DNA of 63,537 nt, filler included, from Octopus bimaculoides (GCF_001194135.2; 6 parts of 6 records of this genome joined end to end with filler, not necessarily neighbours in it), one strand, 5' to 3'. Counted from the first letter of the whole stretch, positions 36,141 to 48,755 are shown. The notes: a model not told the origin generated them from the sequence alone. Numbers and translations: made by a program.

Positions 36141-37197
36141 GTTAAACACACTGCCTTACCTTTGCCTTCATCATCATCATCATTTAATGCCTGTTTTCTA
36201 TGCTGGCATGGGTTGGACAATCAGATGGTTGAGAAGCAAACTTGTTAAACACACTTATTTCTTTGCTGCCCGCAAGGGGCTNNNNNNNNNNNNNNNNNNN
36301 NNNNNNNNNNNNNNNNNNNNNNNNNNNNNNNNNNNNNNNNNNNNNNNNNNNNNNNNNNNNNNNNNNNNNNNNNNNNNNNNNNNNNNNNNNNNNNNNNNNN
36401 NNNNNNNNNNNNNNNNNNNNNNNNNNNNNNNNNNNNNNNNNNNNNNNNNNNNNNNNNNNNNNNNNNNNNNNNNNNNNNNNNNNNNNNNNNNNNNNNNNNN
36501 NNNNNNNNNNNNNNNNNNNNNNNNNNNNNNNNNNNNNNNNNNNNNNNNNNNNNNNNNNNNNNNNNNNNNNNNNNNNNNNNNNNNNNNNNNNNNNNNNNNN
36601 NNNNNNNNNNNNNNNNNNNNNNNNNNNNNNNNNNNNNNNNNNNNNNNNNNNNNNNNNNNNNNNNNNNNNNNNNNNNNNNNNNNNNNNNNNNNNNNNNNNN
36701 NNNNNNNNNNNNNNNNNNNNNNNNNNNNNNNNNNNNNNNNNNNNNNNNNNNNNNNNNNNNNNNNNNNNNNNNNNNNNNNNNNNNNNNNNNNNNNNNNNNN
36801 NNNNNNNNNNNNNNNNNNNNNNNNNNNNNNNNNNNNNNNNNNNNNNNNNNNNNNNNNNNNNNNNNNNNNNNNNNNNNNNNNNNNNNNNNNNNNNNNNNNN
36901 NNNNNNNNNNNNNNNNNNNNNNNNNNNNNNNNNNNNNNNNNNNNNNNNNNNNNNNNNNNNNNNNNNNNNNNNNNNNNNNNNNNNNNNNNNNNNNNNNNNN
37001 NNNNNNNNNNNNNNNNNNNNNNNNNNNNNNNNNNNNNNNNNCCTGTTTTATGTACAAACTGGCCAGATCCTGCCTCTCACACCTACCCTACAATGTCCTT
37101 CTAAAGTTAAGCAATCACATCATCGAAATCTCAAAGCTACAAGATATTACATGATTGATTCATACCAATGTGAATAAATAAGCAGTACATTTGACAG

Positions 37198-37535
37198 TGA
37201 AGGCATGTGGCTTAGTGGTTAGAGCATTGAGCTTACAATCGTGAGGTTGTGAGTTTGAATCCCGGACCGGGCTGCGTGTTGTGTTCTTGAGCAAGACACT
37301 TTATTTCACGTTGCTCCAGTTCACTCAGCTGTAGAAATGAGTTGCGACGTCACAGGTGCCAAGCTGTATCGGACCCTGTGCCTTTCCCTTGGATAACATT
37401 GGTGGTGTGGAGAGAGGATGCTGGTATGCATGGGCAACTGCTGGTCTTTCATAAACAACCTTGCCCGGACTTGTACCTCGGAGGGTAACTTTCTAGGTGT
37501 AATCCCATGGTCATTCATGACCGAAGGGGATCTCA
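37198..37535 (+). mobile_element. tRNA-derived SINE family D, representative copy; other copies near 5513, 21690(-), 29278, 39955, 44345(-), 45720(-), 46730
   Basis: A-box TGGCTTAGTGG and B-box GAGTTTGAATCCC, then central tgtgttcttgagcaagacactt…cactcagctg domain of the kind shared by V/Meta/CORE-type SINE superfamilies. Confidence 0.88.
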
Positions 37536-37684
37536 ACTCAACATTTGACAGAAATCTGAATGCTAAAGGCTTAATCTTCATTCATACACTATCAGCAAAT
37601 ACCAATTCCACTCTCTGAATATATCAGCAAACACCAATTCCCTTGACTAAATACTGATTCTTCCTTTCTTTTGTTTCATTCCAG

Positions 37685-37717
37685 ATTGTCCTGAATGGTT
37701 TAGGAATCAGCACCACG
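37685..37717 (+). CDS. PGAP1: PGAP1 33-nt exon IVLNGLGISTT
   Basis: ttgtttcattccag acceptor, ACG|gtatgt donor; phase 0/0 fills the expected gap between RDYQV and WVSTDH. Confidence 0.8.
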
Positions 37718-38272
37718 GTATGTTATCTCTGTTTGTCTGCCTCTCTCAGTTTATTTCAACATCATTTAATGACGTAACCCTTTAGTATTTCAAGCTGCCA
37801 TGTCCAGCCAAAATAGCCTGCCTGTCTTATATTCTACATGTTTTATATTCTATCTGTTTTATGTTCACATTGGTCAGATCTGGTTTCTTACACCTACCCT
37901 ATGATGTCATTCTAAAAAAATCAACTGTTGCCTCGTCAAAATCTCATCACTACCAGATAATGCATGATTAATTTAAAACAATGTGAATAAATAAGCATTA
38001 CTTTTGACAGAATAATGTGAATGCTGAGGGGTTAAACGAGAGCCTGTAATTAAAAAGAGGCTGATAGAGTAAGTACTAGGCTTACAAAGAATAAGTGTTG
38101 GGGTTGATTTGTTCGACTAAAGGCAGTGCTCCAGCATGGCTGCATTCAAAATGACTGAAACAAATAAAAGAATAAAAGGGTAAAAGGGTAAAGGTCCAGT
38201 ATAGGAATTTGTGTTAAAACTCCCTGAAACAGGGTAGAATTAATGATTTTGTTTCCCCTTTCTTCTTCTTAG

Positions 38273-38325
38273 ACCACATCGATTCCCAATGCCTGGGTGT
38301 CAACCGACCATCTTTGTGCTGTCTG
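38273..38325 (+). CDS. PGAP1: PGAP1 exon TTSIPNAWVSTDHLCAVW (catalytic His)
   Basis: ttcttcttag acceptor, TG|gtaagt donor; WVSTDHL motif. Confidence 0.95.
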
Positions 38326-39281
38326 GTAAGTTTTTACTGTTTTCTTTTTACATTGTTTTANNNNNNNNNNNNNNNNNNNNNNNNNNNNNNNNNNNNNNNN
38401 NNNNNNNNNNNNNNNNNNNNNNNNNNNNNNNNNNNNNNNNNNNNNNNNNNNNNNNNNNNNNNNNNNNNNNNNNNNNNNNNNNNNNNNNNNNNNNNNNNNN
38501 NNNNNNNNNNNNNNNNACCACCACCACATAAGCTCTGGATGAGGAAACCTTTAATGAAAGGCATTCTAGCTGTGACAATTCTGTTTCCAACCTCAAGGTT
38601 CTGGTTCAGTCTCGTTGCATGGCACCTTGGACAGGTGTCTTTTAATATTGCCTCGCACCAAGCAAAGCTTTGTGCATGAACTTGGTAAACAGAAGCTGAA
38701 AGAAGCCAGTTGTGCATATATATGTCTATGTGTGTGTATGTGTGTGTGTCTGTGTTTCCTCCACCACCACCACCATCACCACCACTAGACAATCAATGTT
38801 GGTGTATTTGCATCCTTGTAACTTGGTGGATCGCCAAAAGAAACCGATGGTAAAAGTACCAGGCTTAACAAAAATTAAGTATTGGGGTCAATTGATTTGA
38901 CTAAAAATTCTTCAAGCTGATACCCCAGCATGGCCGCAGTCTAAAGACTGAAACAAAAGCCAAAAACGATACACACGCATGCACGTGCAGGAAAATAGGA
39001 AAAGAAAGCAACAGAACGAGTCTTCCTGCAAACCACTATTGTCCATATTGTGATTTCTCAGCTAGGTCATGTTCTGGTTTAATAGGTCATGCTCATATCA
39101 ACATTGCTTTTGGTGGCCTGAGGACTCTCAGGAGAAGTGACCAGCCGAAGTGGATGAATTGTAAACATTGGTGAATGGTAGTAATAGTAGTGTGTGTGTC
39201 TTGTTGATTGTCTGTTTGGTTGGATTTTTTTCTGCCTTCTCACTGAATACTCATATGCCATCTTTGACAGGAGAGTCCGTC

Positions 39282-39313
<32 letters not shown>

Positions 39314-39655
39314 TATTTATAAGAGCTCCAACTCTGTCTGTTTATTATGTTTTATTTATATTATAAAATTAATGTGGGATATAGAATATGGAATATATAA
39401 TATAAATAGTAAAATGAAATGAAGTATTGAATGTCTTATTGAATATATGAAATATTGAGTATTAAATATATAAGGGCTAGTATACTTTCATGCCTCATGG
39501 CATTCATCAAGGTCCCGTCTGACAGATGTACTGACACATATATATATATGTGTGTGTGTGTGTGTATTGTTTTCTAATGAAAAGACCCCCACCCTTGTTT
39601 CCTTTATTCCACATTGTAATAACTTTGTATGTTTTTTTTTCCATTCCATGTCCAG

Positions 39656-39722
39656 GTGTCGTCAAATTGTATTAATCATAAACCGTGCCTTATTTGACAT
39701 GGTGGACCGAAATACCAAACAG
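39656..39722 (+). CDS. PGAP1: PGAP1 exon CRQIVLIINRALFDMVDRNTKQ
   Basis: catgtccag acceptor, CAG|gtttgt donor; matches WCKQL…RAFFDLIDADTKQ. Confidence 0.94.
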
Positions 39723-39827
39723 GTTTGTTATGATATTTTAGTTCCTTTTTTTGTTTTTGTTCTGTTAGTATTTAATTAGTAAGATCTGTAGCAGAAATAG
39801 TGCTTTTCCTTTTAGAACCTCTTAGAA

Positions 39828-40330
39828 TTGTGGTTCTCAACTGGGGTACATATACACAAAATATTAAAATTTTTTTATACAATTCATTAAAATATTTAAT
39901 CATAAAAATATAGTAGTTTGTTTTTGATATATATTTAATGGTTATGGAGGTCCATAGCTCAGTGGTTAAGTGCATGGCTCAGTAGTTAGAGCATTGGGCT
40001 CACAATCATGAGGTAGTGAGTTTGATTCCAAGACCAGGCTGTGTGTTGTGTTCTTGAGCAAGACACTTTGTTTCATGTTGTTCCAATGTCACTGGTACCA
40101 AGCTGTATCAGCCTTTGCCTTTCACTTGGATAACATCAGTGGTGTGGAGAGGGGAGGCTGGTATGCATGGGTGGTATGTTGGTCTTCAGTAAACAACCTT
40201 GTCTAGACTTGCACTTTGGAGGGTAATTTTATAGGTGCATGGTAAAATGGGTCTTTACCCTTTATGGAGGTCCAGTTGAATAAAATAGAAATCAAAGTGG
40301 TGCATAGGCAAAAATAGTTAAAAACGACTG
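39828..40330 (+). mobile_element. hAT MITE carrying a nested SINE (39955-40261)
   Basis: Ends TTGTGGTTCTCAACT / AGTTAAAAACGACTG; TSD TCTTAGAA/TCTTAGAG; SINE flanked by 13-bp repeat TTATGGAGGTCCA. Confidence 0.75.
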
Positions 40331-40399
40331 TCTTAGAGTAAGAATAACTTGGTGGCTTTAAATTCTTGAATATTGGTTGTTGACTGGAACAATGGAATT

Positions 40400-40680
40400 C
40401 TAATGCTGATAGCACTTAATCTTTCTACGTTGTGGTATCCACTTACAGCATTTGTGATGCTGCAACTCACCTCTACTGTATCTGACCCTTAGTGTTACTA
40501 ACCCCATCCATCATTACTAAATTTTTTTTTCTCCCATCCTTTCTTCCCGGATCTGCTGCCTTGTGGAATTCCACTTTTATCCCACATTTTCCAACCAACA
40601 AAACATTATTCTACACCAGTCTACAAAAACCTGCCAATTTCTGGGGCGCTGCCTGGCTTTCTCTGATTAATAAAATAACC
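40400..40680 (+). mobile_element. Jockey/L2-like LINE 3' relic
   Basis: SFLPGSAALWNS matches the SFFP.T..LWNSLP terminal motif. Confidence 0.55.
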
Positions 40681-41413
40681 TACCAATATAATTAGCAATG
40701 TGTCTCCGTCTTTCGCTCGCTCTCTCTCTCTCTCTCTCTTTGTTCTCTGGACGTAGACTTGAAAGACAGTTAACTGCTATGGTCCTCTCATTATGTTTCC
40801 ATATTTCGTTTAAACACTGACTGTTAGATGAATACCGAGTCGAGACGTACATCATAAATATAACTTTTCATGGATGAATCATAAATTCCTTATGTAACGG
40901 TATGTTTTTATTCAATAAACGATAGAAAGGAACAAAGAGGAAAGCCTCTTGAGATATGGTTTGTCACAAATAATTAACTATAAAATCGAACATTTATCAC
41001 CTGTGGACCGTACAGGTACCCACTAGTTCAGCTATTTCTCTCTCTCACTCACTCTTTCTCTCTCCAAACACACACACAGACACACACACACACACGCACA
41101 CATACAAACATGCACACACACACACACACTATCATGTGTATCTGTCTGTGCTGTTGGGAATATATTTCCATTTGCACACAGACACACACACATACGCATA
41201 AATATATTCTTTTATTTTTTTTTTTATTCTTTTACTTATTTCAGTCATTTTGACTGTGGCCATGCTGGAGCACAATCTTGAAGGATTTTAGCCAAAAAAA
41301 TTGATTGAAGGATGTATCTTTTAAGCCTAGTACTTATTCTATCAGTCTCTTTTGCTGAACTGCTAAGTTACTGGGGCATAAACATACCGACGCCAAATGT
41401 CCAGCAGTGATGG

Positions 41414-41444
<31 letters not shown>

Positions 41445-42114
41445 ACGGGCTTCTTTCAGTTTCTGTCTACCAAATCCACTCACAAGGCTTTGGTTGGCCT
41501 GAGACTATAGTAGAAGACACTTGCCCAAGGTGCCACACAGTGGGACTGAACCCAGAACCATGTGGTTGAAAAGCTAGCTTCTTACCACACAATCAAGCCT
41601 GCACCTATTACTCCTTACTCTTTTACCTGTTTCAGTCATTTGACTGCGGCCATGCTGGAGCACTGCCTTTTAGTTGAGCAAATCGACCGCAGGACATATT
41701 CTTTGTAAGCCTAGTACTTATTCTATCGGTCTTTTTTGCTGAACCGTTAAGTTACGGGGACGTAAACACACCAGCATCGGTTGTCAAGCGATGTTGGGGG
41801 GACAAACACAGACACACAAACACACACACACACATACATACATATATATATATATACATATATACGACAGGCTTCTTTCAGTTTCCGTCTACCAAATCCA
41901 CTCACAAGGCGTTGGTCGGCCCGAGGCTATAGCAGAAGACACTTGCCCAAGGTGCCACACAGTGGGACTGAACCCGGAACCATGTGGTTGGTAAGCAAGC
42001 TACTTACCACACAGCCACTCCTGCGCCTATAAATATATATTCTTTACATTTTAAGTAAAGCTCACACGTATCAATATATAAAATATACCTGGATAATATT
42101 TATAAATCTTGCAG

Positions 42115-42279
42115 ATAACTAATGATGTCGACTTTAGACTGAAGGTGTTCAATACTTATGTCCACAACCATCCTGGTAAAATTGGTCCTATGAGGTCTTG
42201 GAAGAAAACGGTCAATGTTGAAGCTAATGCTCCGTGGATTTTGAAAGAAGACACTTCTTTGAGATATTCTGAAGAGAAA
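42115..42279 (+). CDS. PGAP1: PGAP1 exon ITNDVDFRLKVFNTYVHNHPGK…WILKEDTSLRYSEEK
   Basis: tcttgcag acceptor, AAA|gtaagt donor; 55 codons, phase 0/0; continues KQ|IT as in vertebrate PGAP1. Confidence 0.9.
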
Positions 42280-42419
42280 GTAAGTTATATTTTAAGAATT
42301 TTTGTTTTAATGGTTGTGGAACTGCAAAAAAAAATAATAAATGTCTTATGATAATGAGATGAATGTGATTCTGTTTCTTTTAATATTTTTCTGTGATTTT
42401 TACTCTTTTACTTGTTTCA

Positions 42420-42498
42420 GATGTATATGCAAATCTTTAGATGTATATGTAAATCTGTAGGTGTATATGTAAATCTGTAGATGTATATGTAAATCTGT
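42420..42498 (+). repeat. 20-bp tandem repeat x4 (ATGTATATGTAAATCTGTAG) immediately upstream of a PGAP1 acceptor
   Basis: Direct inspection. Confidence 0.85.
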
Positions 42499-42518
42499 CT
42501 GTTTGGTTTCTCTTGTAG

Positions 42519-42593
42519 GTTACTAAACTCAAGTATGTGGTGATCCCTGTTGTGACTAAGGATCTGGACCAGTTTATTGCAGTTAGCAATGTG
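42519..42593 (+). CDS. PGAP1: PGAP1 exon VTKLKYVVIPVVTKDLDQFIAVSNV
   Basis: tctcttgtag acceptor, GTG|gtgagt donor; 25 codons in phase. Confidence 0.85.
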
Positions 42594-43380
42594 GTGAGTT
42601 AATCTTTGTAGTGAATGCTTAGAGTTTCTCTTTTACTATATTTTAATCCATTAGCATTCGGATTATTCTGTAAAATGTGATGCTTATTTTTTCCTGTTAT
42701 TTTAAACTAATCATGCATTATCTGGCAGCTTTGAGAATTTAGTGGTGTGATTGCGTATTTTTAGAATGACATTATAGGCTAGGTGTGAGAGGCCGAATGT
42801 GGCCAGGTTGAACATAAAACAGAATATTTGGGCTGGACATGGCTAAGTTTAAATGCTAAATGGTTAAGTCTGTTTTTTTTCATTGTTGTGAAAGAAATTC
42901 TTGTGTCACTGCAAACATCACACAAAGGATGGAATTTCACACAACAAACACTGCTAGATGAGGGAAAATCATAGATTTTGGCACACACCCTCTTTCTTTC
43001 TTCCTTCCTTCCTTCCTTCCTTTCTTTTTTCTCTCTCTCATTTACTCAGCTGATCACTCTCTCTCTTTCTCTATCTCTCTCTCATTCACATGCTAAATTT
43101 CTGTTTATCTCTCATTCACTCACTCATCTTATCTATATTCTTCCCAACCTCTCATTCATTCTCATTCTTTCATACTCATTCACTCATTCTGCCTCTCTTT
43201 TGTTGCTCACACATTCACTCAATCACTTTCCACCTCAGATTTTCCCTCATCCTATCACTCTTTCCCTCTCTCATTCACCCTCTACTTCTCTCTCTTACAC
43301 TCCTAAGACTGGTTATACAATGGTAACTGGGTGAAGTTCATGCAACTAACACACTAACTGTTATAAGTATATTGTGACTC

Positions 43381-43418
<38 letters not shown>

Positions 43419-44626
43419 CTCTCTCTTTTACTCTTTTACTTGTTTCAGTCATTTGACTGTGGCCATTCTGGGGCACCGCCTTTAGTCGAGCAGATCGACC
43501 CCAGGACTTATTCTTTGTAAGCCTAGTACTTATTCTATTGGTCTCTTTTTGCCGAACCACTAAGTTACGGGGACGTAAACATACCAGCATTGATTGTCAA
43601 GCGAAGTTGGGGGGACAAACACAGACACACAAACATATACACACACAAACATATACACACACACATACATATATACGACGGGCTTCTTTCAGTTTCCGTC
43701 TACCAAATCCACTCACAAAGCTTTGGTCGGCCCGAGGCTATAGTAGAAGACACATGTCCAAGGTGCCACGCTGTGGGACTGAACCTGGAACCACGTGGTT
43801 AGTAAGCAAGCTACTTACCGCACAGCCACTCCTGCGTGTAATGTGTGTGCAATACATGTTCATTGTATTTGTGCGCTGTGTGTGTGTGTTTGCATTTGTA
43901 TGTGTTTGAAGGTGTATATAAATGTATAAGCATACCTTTTGCATAAGCCATAATATATGCTTATGTATATTAGTGTGTGTGGGCATACGTATGAGTAAAT
44001 GTGTTTGTGTTTGCATATGAGTATGTGTTTGTGTATGTGTACACACATGTATACACACACACTCACATAGGTGCAGAGATTGTATGAGATATAATCTCAT
44101 ACAATCTGTTACATTATTGAGTTGTTGGTAATTATATCAGCACCCCCTACCAAGTTAACTTTGTGATGAGGGTTGTAAGAATCCCAGCAGGGCATTAAAA
44201 AGCCAACACACACACACACACTCACATAGGTGCAGACATGGCTGCGTGGTAAGAAGTTTGCTTCCTAAGCACATGATTCCAGGTTCAGTCCCATCATGTG
44301 GCACCTTGGGCAAGTGTCTTCTATTATAGCCTCAGGCTGACCAAAGTCCAGCTCATTTTTTCCAGCTGAGTGGACTGGAGCGACTTGAAATAAAGTCTCT
44401 TGCTCAGAAACACAATGTGCCACTTGGAATCGAACTCATGACCTTATGATTGTGAGCCAAGTACCTTAACCACTAAGCTATGCACCTTCATGGGGTTGGG
44501 TGTCTCCTTGTCTTGAAATTTATTATTTTATTATTTCTAATTTTTGTAACCAGTGAATGTATTTCACTGAAATAGTATATCCTTACGGGAGGTAAACAGA
44601 CTTTTTCAACCAGCTGGTCATGCTAC

Positions 44627-44669
44627 TTCAGGCTGATGACGAGCAAAGACTCAGAAACATGTCCCTGAA
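44627..44669 (+). ncRNA. Minimal type-I hammerhead-ribozyme-like motif in a PGAP1 intron
   Basis: TTCAGG-CTGATGA-C-GAG(CAAAGA)CTC-A-GAAA-CAT-GTC-CCTGAA: 6-bp perfect stem I, palindromic stem III ACATGT, GUC site; C·A at the base of stem II. Confidence 0.65.
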
Positions 44670-44884
44670 TGCAGGCTAGGCTGGGTGGAGGAGTTTGTCT
44701 CCCCCTTGCAAGGATATGGGCACAAGAAATGTGTCAAGGCCTAATAGGAAGCGGTCCAGCTTCCTAGGGCTAAACAGCAGTAGTATATTCCCTTATTGGG
44801 ACTGTCACGTTAAGTTGGCAGTATACAACTACTTTATCGCATCACTACTGCTTGAGTCTCTCTGAGAGATTTAGAAATGTATTA

Positions 44885-44924
<40 letters not shown>

Positions 44925-45030
44925 CCTCCTGATAATTAATCGATATTAATTAATATATGATTAATTACCAGATTTTATAATAATATATATATATATATAT
45001 ATATAAAATTTGTCTTGTGTTCTATTGTAG

Positions 45031-45083
45031 CACTCTGATTCTTGGATCTGTGGTTGTAACATTCCTGAAGGTAAACAACGTTG
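45031..45083 (+). CDS. PGAP1: PGAP1 exon HSDSWICGCNIPEGKQRC
   Basis: ctattgtag acceptor, TG|gtaagt donor; phase 0/2 bridges neighbours; matches DTNSWIFAC. Confidence 0.85.
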
Positions 45084-45457
45084 GTAAGTAATGGCTTCAA
45101 TCTGTCACCTGTGTCATCGTTAGTGGCAACATCATTATCGTTATTGTTGCTGCCATTTACTGTCATAGACGTCATCTTTAGATCATCACCTTATCATTAT
45201 CCTTTCCTACTCACTTTCCTCTTCATCATCATCATCACCACCATCATCATCATCGTCATCATTGTCATCCCCCCCCCCTTTTCTTCATGATCATTATCAT
45301 TAATACCGTTGTTATTTTCATCATTGTCATCATCGTTATAAACCTCGTCATCTCTCTTCAGGTCTCAATAAACTGTAAATCTGTCATCAGAGTTTCAATT
45401 CCTGGTTACACTCATTGTAATCTCTCATTTCTTTTTCTTTAATTTTTTTTATTCTAG

Positions 45458-45521
45458 TGACACATGCACCAATCTTGCAGACAAGGGACATGCTCTTCCT
45501 CCCAGGAATTCCAACAAAAAG
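45458..45521 (+). CDS. PGAP1: PGAP1 exon DTCTNLADKGHALPPRNSNKK
   Basis: ttttattctag acceptor, AAG|gtttgt donor; matches CxxGVDLSWKAELLP region. Confidence 0.85.
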
Positions 45522-46188
45522 GTTTGTTATTTTCATTATTTCTATTGCAATTAACACCTTTTTAAAGAAATTTATTGCTTCCTAACCATGTGGTTCACTT
45601 CCACTGCATAGCAGCCTGGGCAAATATTCTCTACTATTGCCCTGGGCCAACCAAATCCTTATGAATGGATTTGGTAGGCAGAATCTGAAAGAAACCCATT
45701 GTGTTTACATATGTGGTGTATCAGGGAGATTCTATGTGACACAGAATGTGGCAAAGTTGTCCCTTTGAATTACAAGTTTAGCTCATTTTTTCCAGTTGAG
45801 TGAACTGGAACAACGTAAAATAGTGTCTTGTTCAGAAACACAATGTGCTGCTTGGAATTGAACTCCTGACCTTATGATTGTGAGCCAAGTAGCTTAACCA
45901 CTAAGCCATGTGCCTTCATGAAATATATATGGGGTGAGAGCTGTCTCCTTGCCTTGAAATATTGTGATATTATTAAGGCAGTGAGCTGGCAGAATTGTTA
46001 GCACACTGGACGAAATGCTGAGTGGTATTTCACCTGTCACTACGATCTGAGTTCAAATTCCACCAAGGTCGACTTTGTCTTTCATCCTTCCAGGGTTGAT
46101 GAAATAAGTACCAGTTATGCACTGGGGTTGATGTAATCGACTAGCCCCCACCCTCAAAGTTTCAGGCCCTGTGCCTAAAGTAGAAAGG

Positions 46189-46233
<45 letters not shown>

Positions 46234-46257
46234 GTTGTTGTTGTTGATTCATTTCAG

Positions 46258-46332
46258 TATGTTCTGTATGAAGTTTCTGAATTGGCCGAGTATTCTCACA
46301 TCGTTCTTTTCATTGTACCAAACCTTCCTCCG
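46258..46332 (+). CDS. PGAP1: PGAP1 exon YVLYEVSELAEYSHIVLFIVPNLPP (last one found)
   Basis: catttcag acceptor, CCG|gtaagt donor; matches YLTL…SHLVVYVP. Confidence 0.85.
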
Positions 46333-47402
46333 GTAAGTCTATTTTATTCCTCCTGGCAGTAAAAAATAAGGGCAACATATTTTCGGCTTACATTCTCTTA
46401 AGATAATTTCATCATGTGGTCACCTGGTCATGTGATCATTTGGTGGTTGTTCATTTGTATAGATTTTCTGTATTTGTGTTAAAAAAAAAAGCCTACCATG
46501 TTTGATAACATAAAAGATGCACAGGTATATTAGTCGCACCCTGATTTCGGCAGGACATATTCAGAACAAAAAGTTTTAGTGCATTAAAAGCCTGAGTTCA
46601 AATCCTACACAAGTACTATTGATTGGTGTGGTTTTATCTCCTTAATTCTACATGTTTCCAAGCCAGTGAGAGTTCAGCAACAACAATAACAAGGAGAAAA
46701 TAAGTACCAGTAATATACTGGTAATGTGAACGCATGTGGCTTAGTAGTTAGTGGGTGTTGCATTCGTGATTATACGCTTGTGGTTTCACTTCCTGAACTG
46801 GGCGATGCACTGTGTCCTTGAGCAAAACGCTTCATTTCATGTTGCACCAGTCCACTCAGCTGACAAAAAGGAGTACCATCCAGTGGTGGCAGATATATAT
46901 GACACAGAATCTTAGAAACAGACCTTAAAGAGTCTATGGCACCAGGGGAGTCTCAGATCCTTCTTTTGAAAAACTGGGAAATTATAATGGATCTATTTTC
47001 CCCTTTTCTTCCCACCTTTTCCACACTTGAGTAAATTTTATTCTTTAACGCTTTGAGCCTCAACTTTGCTTCATCAGGTGCAGTTTCACTTGACTCAGCC
47101 CTTGCAGGATGTGGAAGTAGGCAGTCACATCATCATCATCATCATCATCATCATTGTCGTTTAACGTCCGCTTTCCATGCTGGCATGGGTTGGATGATTT
47201 GACTGAGGACTGGTGGAACCCGAAGGCGACACCAGGCTCCAATCTGATCTGGCGGAGTTTGTACAGCTGGATGCCCTTCCTAACGCCAACCACTCTGAGA
47301 GTGTAGTGGGTGCTTTTACGTGCCACCGGCACGAAGGCCAATCAGGCGGTACTGGCGACGGCCACGCTCAAAATGGTGTATTTTACGTGTCACCTGCACA
47401 GG

Positions 47403-47501
47403 NNNNNNNNNNNNNNNNNNNNNNNNNNNNNNNNNNNNNNNNNNNNTTAATTAATTAANNNNNNNNNNNNNNNNNNNNNNNNNNNNNNNNNNNNNNNNNN
47501 N
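47403..47501. other. Artificial scaffold linker N…TTAATTAATTAA…N (also 26429, 55529, 57659, 59637)
   Basis: Identical 12-mer with stops in all frames, each time centred in a ~100-base N run. Confidence 0.95.
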
Positions 47502-47502
47502 N

Positions 47503-47542
<40 letters not shown>

Positions 47543-47579
47543 AACAGGAAGAGAGAGAGAGAGAGAAAGTGAGAGGAAG

Positions 47580-47760
47580 AGAAAGAGAAAGATGTCGCCG
47601 GCAGCAGCAATCCGCCGCCCAGAGATCGCAGAACGGTGGAGCTGTGTGGTGGTATCCATCCATCGTTTCCAGACTGGATAATGAATTGTAATGATGGCGG
47701 TAATTAGTGACAAGTTAAAACAAAGACGGCCACCATTTTGAGAACGTTTGATTGTTTAAT
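47580..47760. promoter_or_regulatory. CpG-rich, promoter/5'UTR-like patch with YY1-like motifs
   Basis: Local CpG and GC enrichment; ATGGCGG 47694-47700 and AAAATGGTGGCC (- strand, 47728-47739); embedded in long simple repeats. Confidence 0.35.
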
Positions 47761-47836
47761 GACACTAAATAATAACAAGAATAATAATAATAGAAATGAT
47801 AATGATAATAATGACGATGATGATGATGACAATAAT

Positions 47837-47871
<35 letters not shown>

Positions 47872-48719
47872 GAGGAAGAAGAAGAAGAAATAATCATAAT
47901 AATAAAGATGAAGGGAATTTTAATGATGATGTCGAGGGTGGTAATGACGTTGGTGGGTAAGGTGGTGTTGATGATGACGATGATGATGATGATGATGACG
48001 ATGATGACGATGATGACGATGATGATGATGGCGATGATGACAATGATGATGTATATGACGACGACAGCAGTGATGATGATGATAATGTAGTTGATGACGA
48101 TGGTGATGATAATTATTATTATGATGATGATGATGATGATGATGATGTTGGTGGTGGTATTGCTGGTGATGATGATGATGAGGATCGTAATGATAACGAT
48201 TTCTCTTTTATAAGTAATAAAATCTCACAAAAATTCATTGGGTAAAATCTAAGGACAAATAAATTCCCAGGAACGTCATTGAAGATTGTTGGAGGTGGAG
48301 ATGGAGTTGGGAGGGGTTAACGGATTGCGAGAGAGAGGAGGAGGAGAGAGAGAGGTGTAGAGATGATGTTGGTGAGAGTTGGGTTTATAGCAAAAGAGAT
48401 TAAAAAGTTGAGGAGCCGGCAAAGAGTGGGTCTGGCATTAATTAGCAGAAGAGGGGAATGCGTGAGCAGTGGACTACAGCTTCATGAAGAATTCTCTGCA
48501 TATATATACATATATATATANNNNNNNNNNNNNNNNNNNNNNNNNNNNNNNNNNNNNNNNNNNNNNNNNTATCTAATTGCATATTTATATATACATGTAC
48601 ATAGATATATCGATAAATAGTTGCATAAATAAGGTTTTCATAGACAGACAAAGATATCTATATTTAAATAGACAGATAGATAGATGGATAGATAAGGAGT
48701 TAGTTAGTTAGTTAGATAA

Positions 48720-48755
<36 letters not shown>

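Noticed and set aside
36168-36281. Exact repeat of 35813-35935
   Set aside because: Identical and runs into a gap, so most likely haplotype or contig-overlap duplication; needs long reads
37198-37270. tRNA gene
   Set aside because: A/B boxes continue into a SINE body found in many copies; no complete cloverleaf
43308-43355. Possible PGAP1 exon DWLYNGNW
   Set aside because: Wrong phase and no donor; 45031-45083 fits both phase and homology
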